This document shows positions 12,918 to 26,424 of a stretch of DNA of 64,000 nucleotides, piece after piece; positions within the stretch are counted from its first letter, which is position 1; every line of letters begins with the position of its first letter. The notes beneath the pieces were generated by a model. It saw nothing but the letters and a program-made list of their open reading frames with translations, was not told where the DNA came from and did no database searches. Made by a program: the position numbers and the translations under genes. Location of the stretch: assembly GCA_028534125.1 (NCBI GenBank), contig CM052817.1, positions 104,658,001 through 104,722,000 of the forward strand, in the 5' to 3' direction. This DNA comes from Lama glama. Its lineage: Eukaryota.

Positions 12918-13059
12918 TTTTAAACTTTTATTTTCTATTGAAGTTAGTTTACAACGTTACAGGTGTATAGAAGGGGTTCAATTATACGTCTATTCTTTTT
13001 TCAGACTCTTTTCCATGATAGGTCATTACAAGCTATTGAATATAATTCCCTGTGCTATA
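12918..13059 (-). mobile_element. Young truncated L1 3' end with TSD
   Basis: tattgaatataattccctgtgctatac motif; exact TSD CTCAGTATGTTTTT at 12904-12917 and 13060-13073. Confidence 0.85.
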
Positions 13060-13099
13060 CTCAGTATGTTTTTGTATTATAATCACTTAAAACATCTTA

Positions 13100-14560
13100 A
13101 GCACAGACAAAGTTGTAGCAGTGAAGACAATATTGGTGCAGAAATAGACAAAACACAGACAAAATCACCAATGGAATAAAAGGGAAAATCTAAAAACAGG
13201 GATCCACATTGAATTAAATGAGTATATATTTGGGTACGTAAAATGAGCACCAAATTCATGATCATTATTATTGTTGTTGTAGTTGGCAAGAGTTTTTCTA
13301 CAGAGTAGTGAGTGATGTATGGTCTTTCAACATACTTATGAGGCAATCCAGGAAGAAGTTAGTAAGAAGCCACAAAGCTTCAGTTCTATCACGATTTAAG
13401 TCTGTGGATCTAATGTCTAACACGATGACTACATGTGATAACAGTGTAATGAATAACTGAAAATTGCTAAGAAAGTAGGACTTAAATGTTCTGACAAGAA
13501 AAAAGAACAAATATTCGAGGTGATGAATGTGTTAATTAATTCTCTGGGGGAGTCCTTTCACAATGTACGCATGTATTTAATCATCACATTGTGCACTTTA
13601 AGTATCTTTCAACTTTATTTGCCAATTATATGTCAATAAAGCTGGGGAAAACAACACAGTCCTTGAATCTAGATTTTTATAAAAACTATTGTTAAGAAGA
13701 AGGAAATACTCTGAGAAAAATGGGCAAAATATTTGAACTTCACAAAAATAGGAGATTGTTGCTTAATATCTAAGAGGGGTTCAGTGTCATTAGTGGTCAG
13801 GAAAAGGTGAATTAAAACTACAATAAAATACCATTATACACCTGTAAGTTTGACCAAAACGGTAATAGTATGAGGTCTGCTGGCAGGGGTGTTAATAAGT
13901 CCAAACACTTTGGAAAACAACCTGGGATTAACTAGTAAAGTTGAAAGAATGCATGTCTTCTCATCCTACCAGTTTGAACACTAGGCTAGAACTTGTAAAG
14001 TTTCTTGTCCATGTGGAACAGAAGACATTAAATGTGAAAAATGTCTGTAGCATCATTGCCCTTAATTATCTCAAACTGGAAACAATCCAAATGTCCAATT
14101 AAAATGGATAATCATAATATTGTCTTAGATTAGACTATTTTCTAGCAACGAAACAAAATAAACTCTGTCTCCATTCCAAACCTTCCACAGATAATATTGA
14201 ATAAATGAAACTAGACAAAAAATATAATACATTTTGCATGATTCCACTCATAAGAATTTTTTTTAAAAAACCCACAAAGCTAAATGATATTTTTTGGGAT
14301 TCACACGTATTTGGGAAAACCACCCAGAAAGTGTTACTATAAAATCAGGGCGATGGTTCCCTCCAGCAGGAGAGGAAAGGAGTGGAAACTGGAAGAGGCA
14401 CCCACCCAGTGAGGTGGAGGAATTCTTGGTGAGCAGAGTATTTTATTTCTCATTCTGGTTGTTGGCTTTGCAATTTTTCATTATGCTCTTCCGTTACACT
14501 TCAGATGTGCAATTACCCTGTATGTGTGTTCTAGTTTACACTTTTGAAAAGACTTTAAAA
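13100..14560 (+). mobile_element. Old, highly decayed L1 fragments with a nested L1 3'UTR at about 13395-13650
   Basis: aactggaaacaatccaaatgtcc, aaaattgctaagaaagtaggacttaaatgttct and caataaagctgggg motifs. Confidence 0.75.
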
Positions 14561-15499
14561 AGACTGCTTAGGCAGAAAAACCTGATATAAATACACTCAA
14601 ATTTGAGTATCATAAGAATTTGGGGTTAGGAAATGGTAAGGAGAAATCCATTGTGGTTTACTGGGGAAACGGTACACATACGTGTAATCGTTAGAACCCA
14701 TCCACTGGGCTACCAGTGTGTCGTCCTGTGGTAGGGAGTGGTTGGCGATTCTCGACCTGCTTTTTCAGCTCAAATAAAATTTTCAGACAATGATCTCTAG
14801 CCTTCAGAGAATGACAGTACAGCTGTGCTGCTGGGGAACGCAGCCGTGAAGCCCCCGCAGGTACGGCATGGAGAGTGAGATTTTAATTAATCAGCATGTT
14901 TACTTTGCTGGCAATAATCCTCCCACCACTTCCCGTGTCCAGAGTCTAATTTTACTATTTCTGTGGAGAACAACATTACCTTCCCTCCAAGACCTCTCCT
15001 TCCTTTTCTTGCTGTCTCGGGTCATTAGGAAAGGGTTGTTACCTTTCACAAGAATCTGACAAAAAAAAAAAAAAGGATAAACCAATGGATTCTTATCAAA
15101 AATACAAAAAGAAAATGAAAGGCAGCATGGCAACAGATTTGGCCATAAAACCAGGAACACGCTCTGTCAAGACTAAAACATATTTACACATTAAATGAGA
15201 GAATTACGAATGAGCGCACAGAAAACAGAGCTATCCCAACAGTGTAAATGGAAACCAGCCCTTATCTCATTTCACACAGAATCCTTCATCCTCCCATCCA
15301 GGGAAATAGAGAAGAACGCCATTACAAATAGAGGTGCTCTTCCCAGCACCTCTGGGTCTCTCCTTCTTGCCCAGAGATGTGTTCCCTTTTGAATTCTGAT
15401 TAATGGGTCACGGTCCTGAAAAACCAAACAGAAGATGATGGCTTTTCTGAAATGAGAGTGGTTTTGAGCTTTTCAACCCCGTGTCTCATCCAACACTCA

Positions 15500-16390
15500 T
15501 TTGTCACTTGACATCTGTCAAGTGACTGATATGTATTATTTCCCTTAATCCTCATGCAATTTCATGAAATCGGCAACAGCGTGACCCCCACTCCACCGAG
15601 GAGGCAACTGAGCTTACAGAAATTGAGAATTTTGCACACAGCACACCAGTGCTCAAGGAAGCAAGAAGTTAATCCCAGGAGCCTGATTCCAGGGGCTCAA
15701 ATTTAAAGATGCTCACTGGACTAGTGTCCTTAAGGACAGCCTCCTTAACAGCCTGGAGAAATGATGGCAGATTTCAGAAGCACAATATTTACTCCATAGA
15801 GAAATGATATCTGTGGAGAGCCTAGCACATGTGATAAAGAATCAGAAACATTTCTAGGAGCCTACATCACTGGAAAGACTTTCATTTATTTGTAAAGCCA
15901 TCAAACCTTCCTGTTGTCTTGTCTGTGACCTGCTCCCCCAACCCCCCGCCCTGTCCCTCGGTCATACTTCTCACATTATACTGTCATTGGTTTATCTTTT
16001 CCTCCTCTCTGCTAGATGTTGAGGACAATTAAAGCCAGGAACTTCTAATTCACCTGTCCTCACTGCCTCATGCTGGATCTGGAATACAGCAGACATGATA
16101 AACATTTCTGGAATCATGGACTAATAAATAATACAGCCCTTGTGTGTATTAAACGTTCCTGTGTCTTCGGTGCTATCGGACATCATTTGTGTGCATTATC
16201 TTTTATTCCTCACAAAATTTAATGGGGTGAAATACTCGTATTAGTCTTATCTTTAAGCATGTAATATTAGACTTAGGTTTTAACCGCAGATGACTTGCTC
16301 AGGGTCATATCGATAGTCATGGTGAAACCAGAATCCAAACTCAGGGCTGCCTGATTCTGGAAACTTCCCTCTCAAACTCTGCACTGCCCT
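15500..16390. mobile_element. MIR / L2 3' end / MIR cluster
   Basis: gaggcaactgagcttacaga; acagcagacatgataaacatttctggaatcatg; gacttgctcagggtcatat. Confidence 0.6.
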
Positions 16391-16754
16391 GTTCTCATGC
16401 TTTAAAATGAGTAACCTTTATTAGAAAAAGTTAGTCATGTTAAGTCTCTTTTGACTTGTTGACCATCTTCTCTGTGTAGCTTAGTATGTATAAATATGCC
16501 TCTTGAAATAGCTTTAATTTCCTGGGTGGATGATTCCTTAAGTGTTAGATCTTTCAATCTCATTGGGACCCTCTCCCGTAACTGGATGTGCAGAGAAATT
16601 AGTGATACTTCTTCTTTCTGGAGGGTAAAGACGGAAGGGCTGAGAGATGAACATCCCTGCCAACTGCCTCCGTGTTAGATACCAAGATAGAGAAGCAGTG
16701 GTGACAGAAAACACAAGTTATTCTTCTGAAATGCAGTCACTTCATTTTTAATAG

Positions 16755-17579
16755 TTTTTTTTTTTTACTGAAGTATGGTCAGTTTATAATGTGTCGATTT
16801 CTGCTGTACAGCATCATGTTTCAGTCATACATATACATACATACATATATTCATTTTCAGATTATTTTTTATTATAAGTTACTACAAGATATTGAATATA
16901 GTTCCTTGTGCTATACAGAAGAAACTTGTTGTTTGTTTATTTTATATATACTAGTTAGTACCTGCAAATCTCGAACTCCCAATTCATTCCTTTCTACCCT
17001 CTTCCCCACCCCGTAACCATAAATTTGTTTTCTATGTCTGTGAGTCTGTTTCTGTTTTGCAAATAAGCTTATTTGTGTCCTTTTTTTAGATTCCACATAT
17101 GAGTGGTATCATATGGTATTTTCCTTTCTCTTTCTGGCTTATTTCACTTAGAATGACATTCTCCAGGAACATCCATGTTGCTGCAAATGGCATTCTTTTA
17201 TTCTTTTTTATGGCTGAGTAGTATTCCATTGTATAAAGTTACCACAACTTCTTTATCCAGTCATCTGTCAATGGACATTTGGGTTGTTTCCATGTCTTGG
17301 CTATTGTATATAGTGCTGCTATGAACACTGGGGTGCAGGTGTCTTTTTGAATTAAAGTTCCCTCTGGATACATACCCAGGAGTGGGATTGCTGGATCATA
17401 TAGTAAGTCTATTCTTAGTTTTTTGAGGAATCTCCATACCTTTTTCCATAATGGCTGCACCAAACTACATTCCCACCAACAGTGCAGGAGAGTTGCCTTT
17501 TCTCTACACCCTCTCCAGCATTTATCATTCATGGACTTTTGAATGATGGCCATTCTGACTCGTGTGAGGTGACACCTCA
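16755..17579 (-). mobile_element. Young 5'-truncated L1 (ORF2 C-terminus and 3'UTR) with TSD
   Basis: Translates [12 protein letters not shown]...KCWRGC...LLHCWWEC...PAIPLLG...AKTWKQPKCP. Exact TSD CATTTTTAATAG at 16743-16754 and 17580-17591. Confidence 0.96.
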
Positions 17580-18466
17580 CATTTTTAATAGCTCTGATTG
17601 TCCTCAAATACAACCTCTTCTTACTTAAGGAAACCAAGCTTGATGCACAGAATACTCTCCTTTGAGAAAAGAACAAAATCATTCCTGTTAACCATTTGGA
17701 ACATGATACGAACGTTGTGGGTTGGCTCCATCTAACCTTGGCCATTTTTATTAAAGTTAACTTTTTTCTATATCATATACTCTAGATTTTTTTTTTAAGG
17801 GGAAATTTCAGGAGCCTTACCAGAGCTGTGTGAACAATTTCACACTTCAAGCAAGAGGTTGGGGAAAACATCAAACCATGTATTTAAAATAGATACCAAG
17901 AGAGAAACCAGTTGTTCTGGAATTTTTTCAAAATTTGGTCACAATAATGTGGAATTTTGAGAAATAAAAAACAGTCTTCTCTAAAGTGATAACACTCAGA
18001 AGGGCAAGGGGAACGCTCACCGAGAATTGCGCACCCTTAGCATTTTAGGGATTCTAGGGTGAAATCACTCCTGCAAATAACACCAGTGAAATTGTGATAT
18101 TGTCAAACTGTTGCACAGGACTTAGCAAGAGCTTCTATTGTTTTGCTTTCCACTCTCCTGTTGACTTCCCATTCAAACAATCACAGGAAGAAAACAAAAG
18201 AAAATTAAGGACAGTCCTTCATGAGGAAGGATTGAATTAGGAAGGCAAAAATTAAACCACTTCCTCTGGGAGTTGGTGAGTTACCTACAATTGGGGATAT
18301 TGAAGCTGAGAGCTGACCACCACTGGTCAGGATATTGAGGACTAGGTCATAGTTCCCCAAAGTCTTTTCTCACACTTGAAAGTCTGTGATTCTCTTGTTC
18401 ATTTGTGCTCCAGGCTTCTAACCTCCTGTCATGACATTCTTCTATACTCCCTTGACTTCACCTTTT

Positions 18467-19025
18467 TTTGTTGCTGTTGTTAATTGAAGTATAGTCAGTT
18501 TACAATGTTGTGTCAGTTTCTGGTGCACAGCATCATGTCTCAGTCATACATATACATACATTTATTCCTTTTCAGATTCTTTTTCATTATGGATTACTAG
18601 AAGATACGGGGGTTGTAACTCAGTAGTAGAGCACATGCTTAGCATCCATGAGATCCTGGGTTCAATCCCTAGTATCTCCATTAAAAAATACATACGTACA
18701 TTGAGAGTTTGAGATTTGCAGATACCAACTACTATATATAAAATAGATAAACAACAAGTTTCTCCTGTAGAGCACAGAGAACTCTATTCAACATCTTGTA
18801 GCAACTTATAATGAAAAAGAATATGAGAAGGAATATATATGTGTATATGTATGACTGAAACTTGATGCTGTACACCAGAAATTGACACAACTTTGTAAAC
18901 TGACTATACTTCAATAAAAAATAAAATAACAAAAAATAAATACATAAATTAAAAAACCTAATTAACTTCCCCTTCAAAAATAAAATCAGAGTGTATTAAA
19001 AAAAAGACATGAAGATGAACATTGT
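18467..19025. mobile_element. Nested composite: L1 3' end (-) containing a Vic-1-like SINE (+, 18608 to about 19005) containing an L1 3' end (+, 18701-18930)
   Basis: Outer TSD CTTGACTTCA(C/T)CTTTT at 18451-18466 and 19026-19041. SINE head at 18608-18682 and tail (aacctaattaacttcccc) after 18931, separated by L1 3'UTR sequence. Confidence 0.88.
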
Positions 19026-19838
19026 CTTGACTTCATCTTTTAAGAGCAGGATCTACTCTCAGACCTTTGACTCCTACCTGGCCAGAAATCACACCGCTGG
19101 ATCCAGGAGCAGCTCTGTGCAGGAGGCAGTTTGCAATGGGGCAGAGGGTGAAACCATCTCCGTGCTTGTCCAGAGTAAGCCCACCCTGGTTCTCCTGCTA
19201 TCCCAACTGACCTCTCTATTCCTGGACACAGCTGGTGAAATTGGGTTGGGATTCCAACCAAGGGCTGGCCCCAAATCTTACGTTCTTATTGCATCAACAT
19301 ATCAATCATTATTCTAGCTTTTGAAAACTGAATCTGGAATTTCAGTTTGTTACTCCTCATGTCCTGGTCCTGCTCACAGCCTGGAATGGGTGAAGGTCGA
19401 GGCCATGGCCAAGCCAGACTGTCATAGTGGAAAAGATTCTCTGGTCCATCATTCAAACTACTGTTGATGAATCAAGAGTGTCAACTGTATCCTTTTAAAG
19501 AAATGAAAGTATGTTTCTGCTGATAATATTCTACAGGAGGAGAAGCTGGCTATGGAACTGAATTTGCATGTGCTGCCTGACTTGGAGAAATCACAGAATC
19601 ATTGAATTACACAAAGTCAGTGTCTTGAAGGTCCCTGAATTTACAACTTACACTTTAGAGATGGAGAAAGGGAGGCTTTGTCAAGTCAAAGGTGATGCTA
19701 CCGTCGGGTTTGGTGCTGCAGTCTGCCCTTCCTGCAATGTGGTCCTTCATGCCAGGCTATGGAGGGGGCTGAGGGTCAGTAACCGTCTCTGTGTGTCAAC
19801 AGGAACTCAGGTACTGCCTTTCCCACTGGATTTAAAGA

Positions 19839-20338
19839 NNNNNNNNNNNNNNNNNNNNNNNNNNNNNNNNNNNNNNNNNNNNNNNNNNNNNNNNNNNNNN
19901 NNNNNNNNNNNNNNNNNNNNNNNNNNNNNNNNNNNNNNNNNNNNNNNNNNNNNNNNNNNNNNNNNNNNNNNNNNNNNNNNNNNNNNNNNNNNNNNNNNNN
20001 NNNNNNNNNNNNNNNNNNNNNNNNNNNNNNNNNNNNNNNNNNNNNNNNNNNNNNNNNNNNNNNNNNNNNNNNNNNNNNNNNNNNNNNNNNNNNNNNNNNN
20101 NNNNNNNNNNNNNNNNNNNNNNNNNNNNNNNNNNNNNNNNNNNNNNNNNNNNNNNNNNNNNNNNNNNNNNNNNNNNNNNNNNNNNNNNNNNNNNNNNNNN
20201 NNNNNNNNNNNNNNNNNNNNNNNNNNNNNNNNNNNNNNNNNNNNNNNNNNNNNNNNNNNNNNNNNNNNNNNNNNNNNNNNNNNNNNNNNNNNNNNNNNNN
20301 NNNNNNNNNNNNNNNNNNNNNNNNNNNNNNNNNNNNNN
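19839..20338. other. Assembly gap (500 N)
   Basis: Run of N. Confidence 1.
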
Positions 20339-20649
20339 GGACTAACTCTACCATTTAGAAATGTTTCAGTGGACCTCACAAATACTTCTCTTTCCAGCAA
20401 CTTTACCCAAAAAAATAGGATAAAATCTGGCTGTTGGACAAATGAGGGTATCATTTAGCTAATGCTGAAAATACCTTAAGCAGTGCTAAATTCAGCAAAA
20501 GGGCATGAAGCCAGCCCATTATTCAAACACAGACTTTAGCCTGTTAAAATTTCAGCCCAAAGTGAAAATTTCAGCCAACAGCATAGGTGGAAACACATCT
20601 TAATTATGAAGAATTGAAGGCATCCTTTTCTAAGGGGTAAGACAAACTT

Positions 20650-20810
20650 TTATGACATAGATCTATACACACATTCTGCCAATGCCTGGTTCCTAATTTT
20701 GAAATAGTGTCATAATTATATAAGATGTGACCACTGGAGAAAACATGGTGAAAGGCAACTTCTATGAATCTGTAGTTGTTTCCAAATAAAGAGTTGAAAA
20801 AAAAACAAAA
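20650..20810 (+). mobile_element. Old L1 3'UTR fragment
   Basis: ataattatataagatgtgaccactggagaaaac...tttccaaataaagagttgaaaaaaa. Confidence 0.65.
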
Positions 20811-21679
20811 CTCCACTAACTCTTGAGGTAGTTAATGAAAAATAACGCACACTCATTACACATCATTTCATGACCCATTAATATCATGATCAATTGTTAC
20901 AGTGTTACTGTGCAGTGAGTCTTTTGCTTCTGCTGTTACACGCTTCTTGTTTAGCACTCTCAGGAATCCGGCGTAGACTCACTTTCATTATCAGCCTCAT
21001 AAGCAAGTGAGTTAAATAAAGGTCAAATATATTTTTTTCCTTTTTTGTACCGTTTAGGTACCTAAACCTCCACACTGGTTCATCTCTTACTTGGCCTGAT
21101 GGTATTCATTTGAAACACATGAATTTGTTCATTTAAAGATTACAGATGTTGGTGGAATCATTTTCTTTCTTATTTTTTTCTAGTTTTATTATGTAGAATT
21201 ATTACAGTTCGACTGCACATACACATTATATTGCATGTAAATACATACATGCAGTATACTGCACATCTTCTGTTTTCATGTATGGACTAATTATTGTTTC
21301 TAAGAACAGATTAGATCTTCAGCTTTGTAAACTTACATACATATCAAAGGAATAAAGCCAACTACAAAATAAGAATCAACAGAATGCGGTAATCCAATCA
21401 TAAAGGACAGTCACATGTGCTTACACTTATCCAAGAAATCAAAATAATAATTAGTTCATTTGCGTCCTGTAGAAACATTTTCAATGCTGTATAGTGTAGG
21501 TAGAATTTTTGTCTTATTTGAGAAGGCAAGAACCTTGTTGTAAGACATTTTTAATTTTATTGACTTTAGCCTGAATAGGTCATGATTCTTAAGTCAAACC
21601 CATAATGTTCATTTATTTAAGGATATAATATGTGCCTCTTGTGGAATATTGGCATTGGCAAAGACCACAAAAATCCTCC

Positions 21680-21950
21680 AATCACACACTGTACTTTACA
21701 GATGATGACTCTGGCTTAGGAAGATTAAATGATTTGCTCACTAAGGGCACCAGTTATAAGTGAAAAACCTGGAGCATCTTTATTGCTGTAAGCAATTTGT
21801 AGCCTGATTTGTTTGCCTGAGTTCAAAACTCACCTCCACCTCCTCATCACTGTGTGACTTTGGGCAAGTGGTTTACTCTCCCTATGCCTCAGTTTCTGTG
21901 TGTGTAACATGAGGCGACTAACCGTGCAATTGTTCAGATTTTTCTGAGGT
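21680..21950. mobile_element. Two MIR fragments in opposite orientation
   Basis: tttacagatgatgactctggcttagg (-) and ctgtgtgactttgggcaagtggtttactctccctatgcctcagtttc (+). Confidence 0.75.
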
Positions 21951-22106
21951 GGTATTTTAATTCTAAATATGCTAAATTCTGGCTGAGATGACTTTATACT
22001 TGTAATTTTTGATAGTCTTGATTTCATCAGAATTTCTTTTATGAGTCTTTTCTATTTTAAGAGCCATTATTTATTATATAACACTTTATTAATTCAAAAT
22101 TGAATA

Positions 22107-22345
22107 TGGAGATAAATAGCAAGGTCCTACTGCACAGCACAGGGAACTGTATTCAATGCATTGTGATAGCCTGCCATGGAAAAGAATATGAAAGGGAATG
22201 TGTGTGTGTGTGTGTGTGTATACACACACATACACACATATTCTGAATATATATTCAGTTATATATACATATACATATAACTGAATCATTCAGCTGTACA
22301 CCAGAAACTCACACAACATGATAAGCCAATTATACTTCAATTAAA
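22107..22345 (+). mobile_element. Young L1 3' end with internal (TG)n/(TA)n
   Basis: caaggtcctactgcacagcacagggaactgtattcaa...gctgtacaccagaaact...tatacttcaatt. Confidence 0.9.
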
Positions 22346-22356
22346 AAAATATATAT

Positions 22357-22478
22357 GGTAGGGGAGGGTATAGTTCAGTGGTAGAGTGCATGTCTGGCAT
22401 GCATGAGGTTCTGGGTTCAATCCCCAGTACCTCCATTAAAGATATAAATAAATAAACCTAATTACTTCCCCCTCAAAA
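22357..22478 (+). mobile_element. Vic-1-like SINE inserted in the L1 A-tail
   Basis: ggggagggtatagttcagtggtagag...gggttcaatccccagtacctcca; direct repeat AATTAAAAAAATATATAT at 22339-22356 and 22479-22496. Confidence 0.92.
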
Positions 22479-23199
22479 AATTAAAAAAATATATATAAAT
22501 AATATTAATAACAAAAACCCGACATTGACGATGTGTATTGCGCAATTCACCGCTGTAGCAGACACTGCCATTTCTGTATCTACATCCGCACTTCATCCAG
22601 ACTCCTGGTTGGGAAGACTCTGGCCAACGTTCCGCTTTTCTCTGCTGAGGTCCGGGTTTTGGGGGAGCAGTTTGTAGCTTTTCCTCAGCATTTGGGTCTT
22701 CTCCAGAACCTCCAACTTCAAGGTTCTTGCCCACCCAGAGGGGAAGGGCGGGCCCGGGACCCAGCAGGACCTGGGCAGAGCTCTCACCTGCCAGCTGCTA
22801 CTTTTTTCAGGTTTTGAGCTCGGAGCCCAACTGGAGTAGAGAGCAGTCAGCAGAGTCATCTTTAAGCCACAAACCTCTTAAAGTCTCCTAGTGACTTGTG
22901 AAGAAGTCGGGAGTGGAGTGATTAAGTCCTCAAATCCATTTTCTCTCCAGAAGACTGGAATTAATCACCAGTCCCCTGAGGGCTTAGAAAGCATCCCTGT
23001 AGATCTTTCTTGCAGCCTTGGTTGTACAGGAGTCTTGCTGCCAGTCTCCAGGTAGTTTTCAGTGAGAAATGTTCAACATGTAGATGTATTTTTGATGTGT
23101 TCGTAATGGGAGGTAAGTTCCTCCTACTCCAGCACCTTGATCCAAGTTTCCAACACTGACTGTCTTAAAATGAGAGAAATAATATACATATAAATAATT

Positions 23200-23790
23200 G
23201 TAATATAAATAAATACAAACCAAATACCGTATGAAAGACATAAACTAAATGCCATGAGAATGTAGACAGAGTACGGAAAGATATGAGGGCAACATTAAAG
23301 ACTGTCTGATGTTTGAATTGAACCTTAAGTTTGATTGGCAGAGACGGAAAGGAAGACATTAAAAAGCAAAAAAATAACTTTAAAAGTCAAAGCACAGCCT
23401 GAGAAATGAGAAAATTCTATTAGCTTTATTCACAAAATAAAGTAGGTAGGACAGGAGAATTTACAGGGAGATAATGTAAACCGATCAAATCATTGAGGAA
23501 TTTGCACTTTGTTCAGCAGTTGAGGCAAAAATATTTGCAATTTTAAGCTGGAGAGTAATATATTCAACAGGAAGTATAAACTCTGTAGGGGAAATTGGGG
23601 GAGAATATCATAGAACAGGAATGTTATAAAATTGGCTTGAATTAAGATGGTGGCACTGAGAATGGAAAATAATGGATGATCAGAACTTCCAATCTGGCCT
23701 TGGAATGGTAGAGTCCATGGAAATATCTCCAGGATGCAGAAGCCCCAGGCATGCCACATGTAAATATTTTAGTGCAGATATAATTTTCAA
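23200..23790 (-). mobile_element. L2 fragment
   Basis: Purine-rich decayed sequence with gttataaaattggcttgaattaagatggtggcactgagaatgga. Confidence 0.55.
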
Positions 23791-25344
23791 GAGAGAGAGT
23801 CCGTTGCTTTTATCAGAAATCTCAATGGAGTCTCTAATTGAGCATTTTAAGGAGGCTGGCTTCCTTGACTCTCGCTTTCTTTGCTGGGGCTACTTGGAAA
23901 TACTTACCCATGGCTTTAGTTTCTCTGCTTTGTCTGAATCATTTGTTAGAGTAAGACTCTCAACCCAAATTAGCTGCAGTTAAAAAAGGACACTCTTTGA
24001 ACACGGTCCCAGTGTGTATCATTCATATTCATTCTTTTCCATTCAGAAAGGAGTATTTTTCTCCTTCACACTGATCTTAGCTTTTGAATCTAAGCTAGGC
24101 ATTCACATTCAGTGGATTAAATCCATCCCCTCACCCTTCTAAACTAACCTCCGCTTGATCCTTTTGAGATTGATCAATTTTGTTCTACACCTCTAACACT
24201 AGCTACCTCTTAAAGGGCACATACAAATGCCCATTCTCCATCACATACACAGGTTATTTTTCTAATACCTAGATCAATGGATCCGAATCAGTTTACAAAT
24301 AAAGAGATGAAGTGCTTCAGATTTCTGTTCTGAAGTCTGTTTAATTCTTGTAGGTTTTCAGGAACTGTTTATTTTCCACTAAGGGGATTTGAATCAGTAA
24401 TGGTATCTTTTGCCTTGGTTTTCCTAGATGTGGACATTGGCCACGAAGCTTACTTTCTCACTCACGGAAGACATATTTCAGAAACGATGGTATCGATCTG
24501 TTCGCTTAGGGCGCACTCTGCTGTGCCAATCAGACGATTTCTCCTGCGAGACTCACACATGCAATCCCTTCAGCTGCTGGGAGCTTGTTGCTGACAGCTC
24601 TTGTCCCCATGGAAGAGAACGCTTTCAGCCCTGCTCTGCCCATAGTGGAAGGAGACCGCAGGCCAAATGGACCTGCCCACATGGGGTCCATGCCCCTCCC
24701 TCTATTCCACTCCCTGGGTACTCAGGACCCTGGTATCCCCACCCAAACAGACTCAAGTTTGTTTTCTTAGTAGATAGCAGCATAATTATCATAATTATCC
24801 CATAAGTTTCCATACTTTTGATAGAAGAGATATGAAAGTATCCAGCAGAAAAAACAGTTGGATTGTGATTCAAGGTCCAGAAAACAAAAAATCGATTTTG
24901 GGGAGAAACTCATTTATTGGACTGAAACCAGTGAGGAGTGCCTCTTAAGGTCCTCTAAAAAGGGCCATTGTGTACTGTAAGAAACAACATTTGTCAACAA
25001 TGTCCTTACCATAAGTTCAGCAATGAGCTTCATAACATTGTTTCTTGGAATGTTCCTCAAAGTAGAACATTGGCACAATGTACAAGCCCAGGTAACTAAG
25101 GTCAGTTTCACAAAAGTTTTAATCTTGTGGTGCAGGTACATATCTCTTTGTTGGTCTGGTGTACAAGGATAAGGATTACCTAGAGTAACAAATGAAGAAT
25201 GCATGCTTTAAAAATGTTCCCCGCATACTCTTCAAGAATGATCTTCTAAAGGACTGCCTGTTTTAAATGTCCTTAAAATTAAGCCAAATGCATCATATAG
25301 GTACAACTTCATAAAAAACAGGAGCAAATGTAAGTCTGCAAAAA

Positions 25345-25460
25345 TCTTAAAAGAATATGAAAAAATATATATGTATATGCATGACTGGGACATTGTGCTG
25401 TACACCAGAAATTGACACATTGTAACTGACTATACTTCAGTAAAAATTTTTTAAAAAAGA
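25345..25460 (+). mobile_element. Young L1 3' end
   Basis: gtgctgtacaccagaaattgacacattgtaactgactatacttca. Confidence 0.85.
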
Positions 25461-26424
25461 GAGAAAGGTGTGAAATGAGGGATTTGTTTCCATGTGAGTA
25501 TTAACTATAAAGGGTTAGACTTGCAAACAGGACTGTTAAGTTTTATCTCGAAATGTCTCTAAAAACTGTACAGAAGTCTAGTTCACTTTATTTCCGCCTC
25601 ATCACTTTTTCCCTAGGACTTCTTGTGAAGCCTCCACATCTACTCTTGGACTTCCTCCATTCATTATCCAAGCTCAGATAGTGAGCTTTTAAAGGTACAT
25701 AGTGTCAGGCCCTGACGGAAGCCCTAGACAAGAACCCTACTGCTCTACATAGTCTGGTCCTCTCCTGCCCGACTCCATCACTGGGTTACCATGGTGACCA
25801 ACCCCACTGTTCTGCAGAGCCTGGTCCTCTCCCATCTCACTCCATCACTGGCTCCTCCACTCCTGTTTCTTGGACCTGATACCTTGGGTGATCATTCCCA
25901 TAGTTTCCTCATATTTTAAGACAGCTTCCCCTACTTCCCTACCTAGACTAAAATAATTTCCTGATAATTAGGAAGAAGCTTTGATAGATACATCAGTTTT
26001 GGAGATTTTAATGAAATGCTTCAAGACCTAAAGTTACAAGCATTACAAGCCACCGAGTCTGTCCTGTTAGTACCTGGGCTTGAGAGGAAGCATCAACGAT
26101 TCTATTGCCAACTTTTCTATCCAGTATGAGACTATGTGGGTGACTTACTGGTATCCATAATTCCTGTCCATTTATTGTGAATAAAACAAATGGTGAAGAA
26201 CAACGGAGACAGAATTCAGTGTTTGGCAAGGAAGATTACTGAATTAAAATAAAACTTAAGTCTCTCCAAAGATACAATTTTCTTTTACTTTAGGTACCAG
26301 ACACTTAGTTTATAAATCTATAATTGAGTCTTACATAAATGTACCTTAAGTCACATATCAAGAATTTCTGTGTTCTGTTGAATATTGCTATAGATTTTCC
26401 CCTGAGGAAATGGGTATCTTCTAA

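Noticed and set aside
17239..17745. 168-aa ORF as a host gene
   Set aside because: L1 ORF2 C-terminus fused by chance to flanking sequence.
19568..20458. Long ORFs of 192-296 aa
   Set aside because: Artefacts of translating the N gap.
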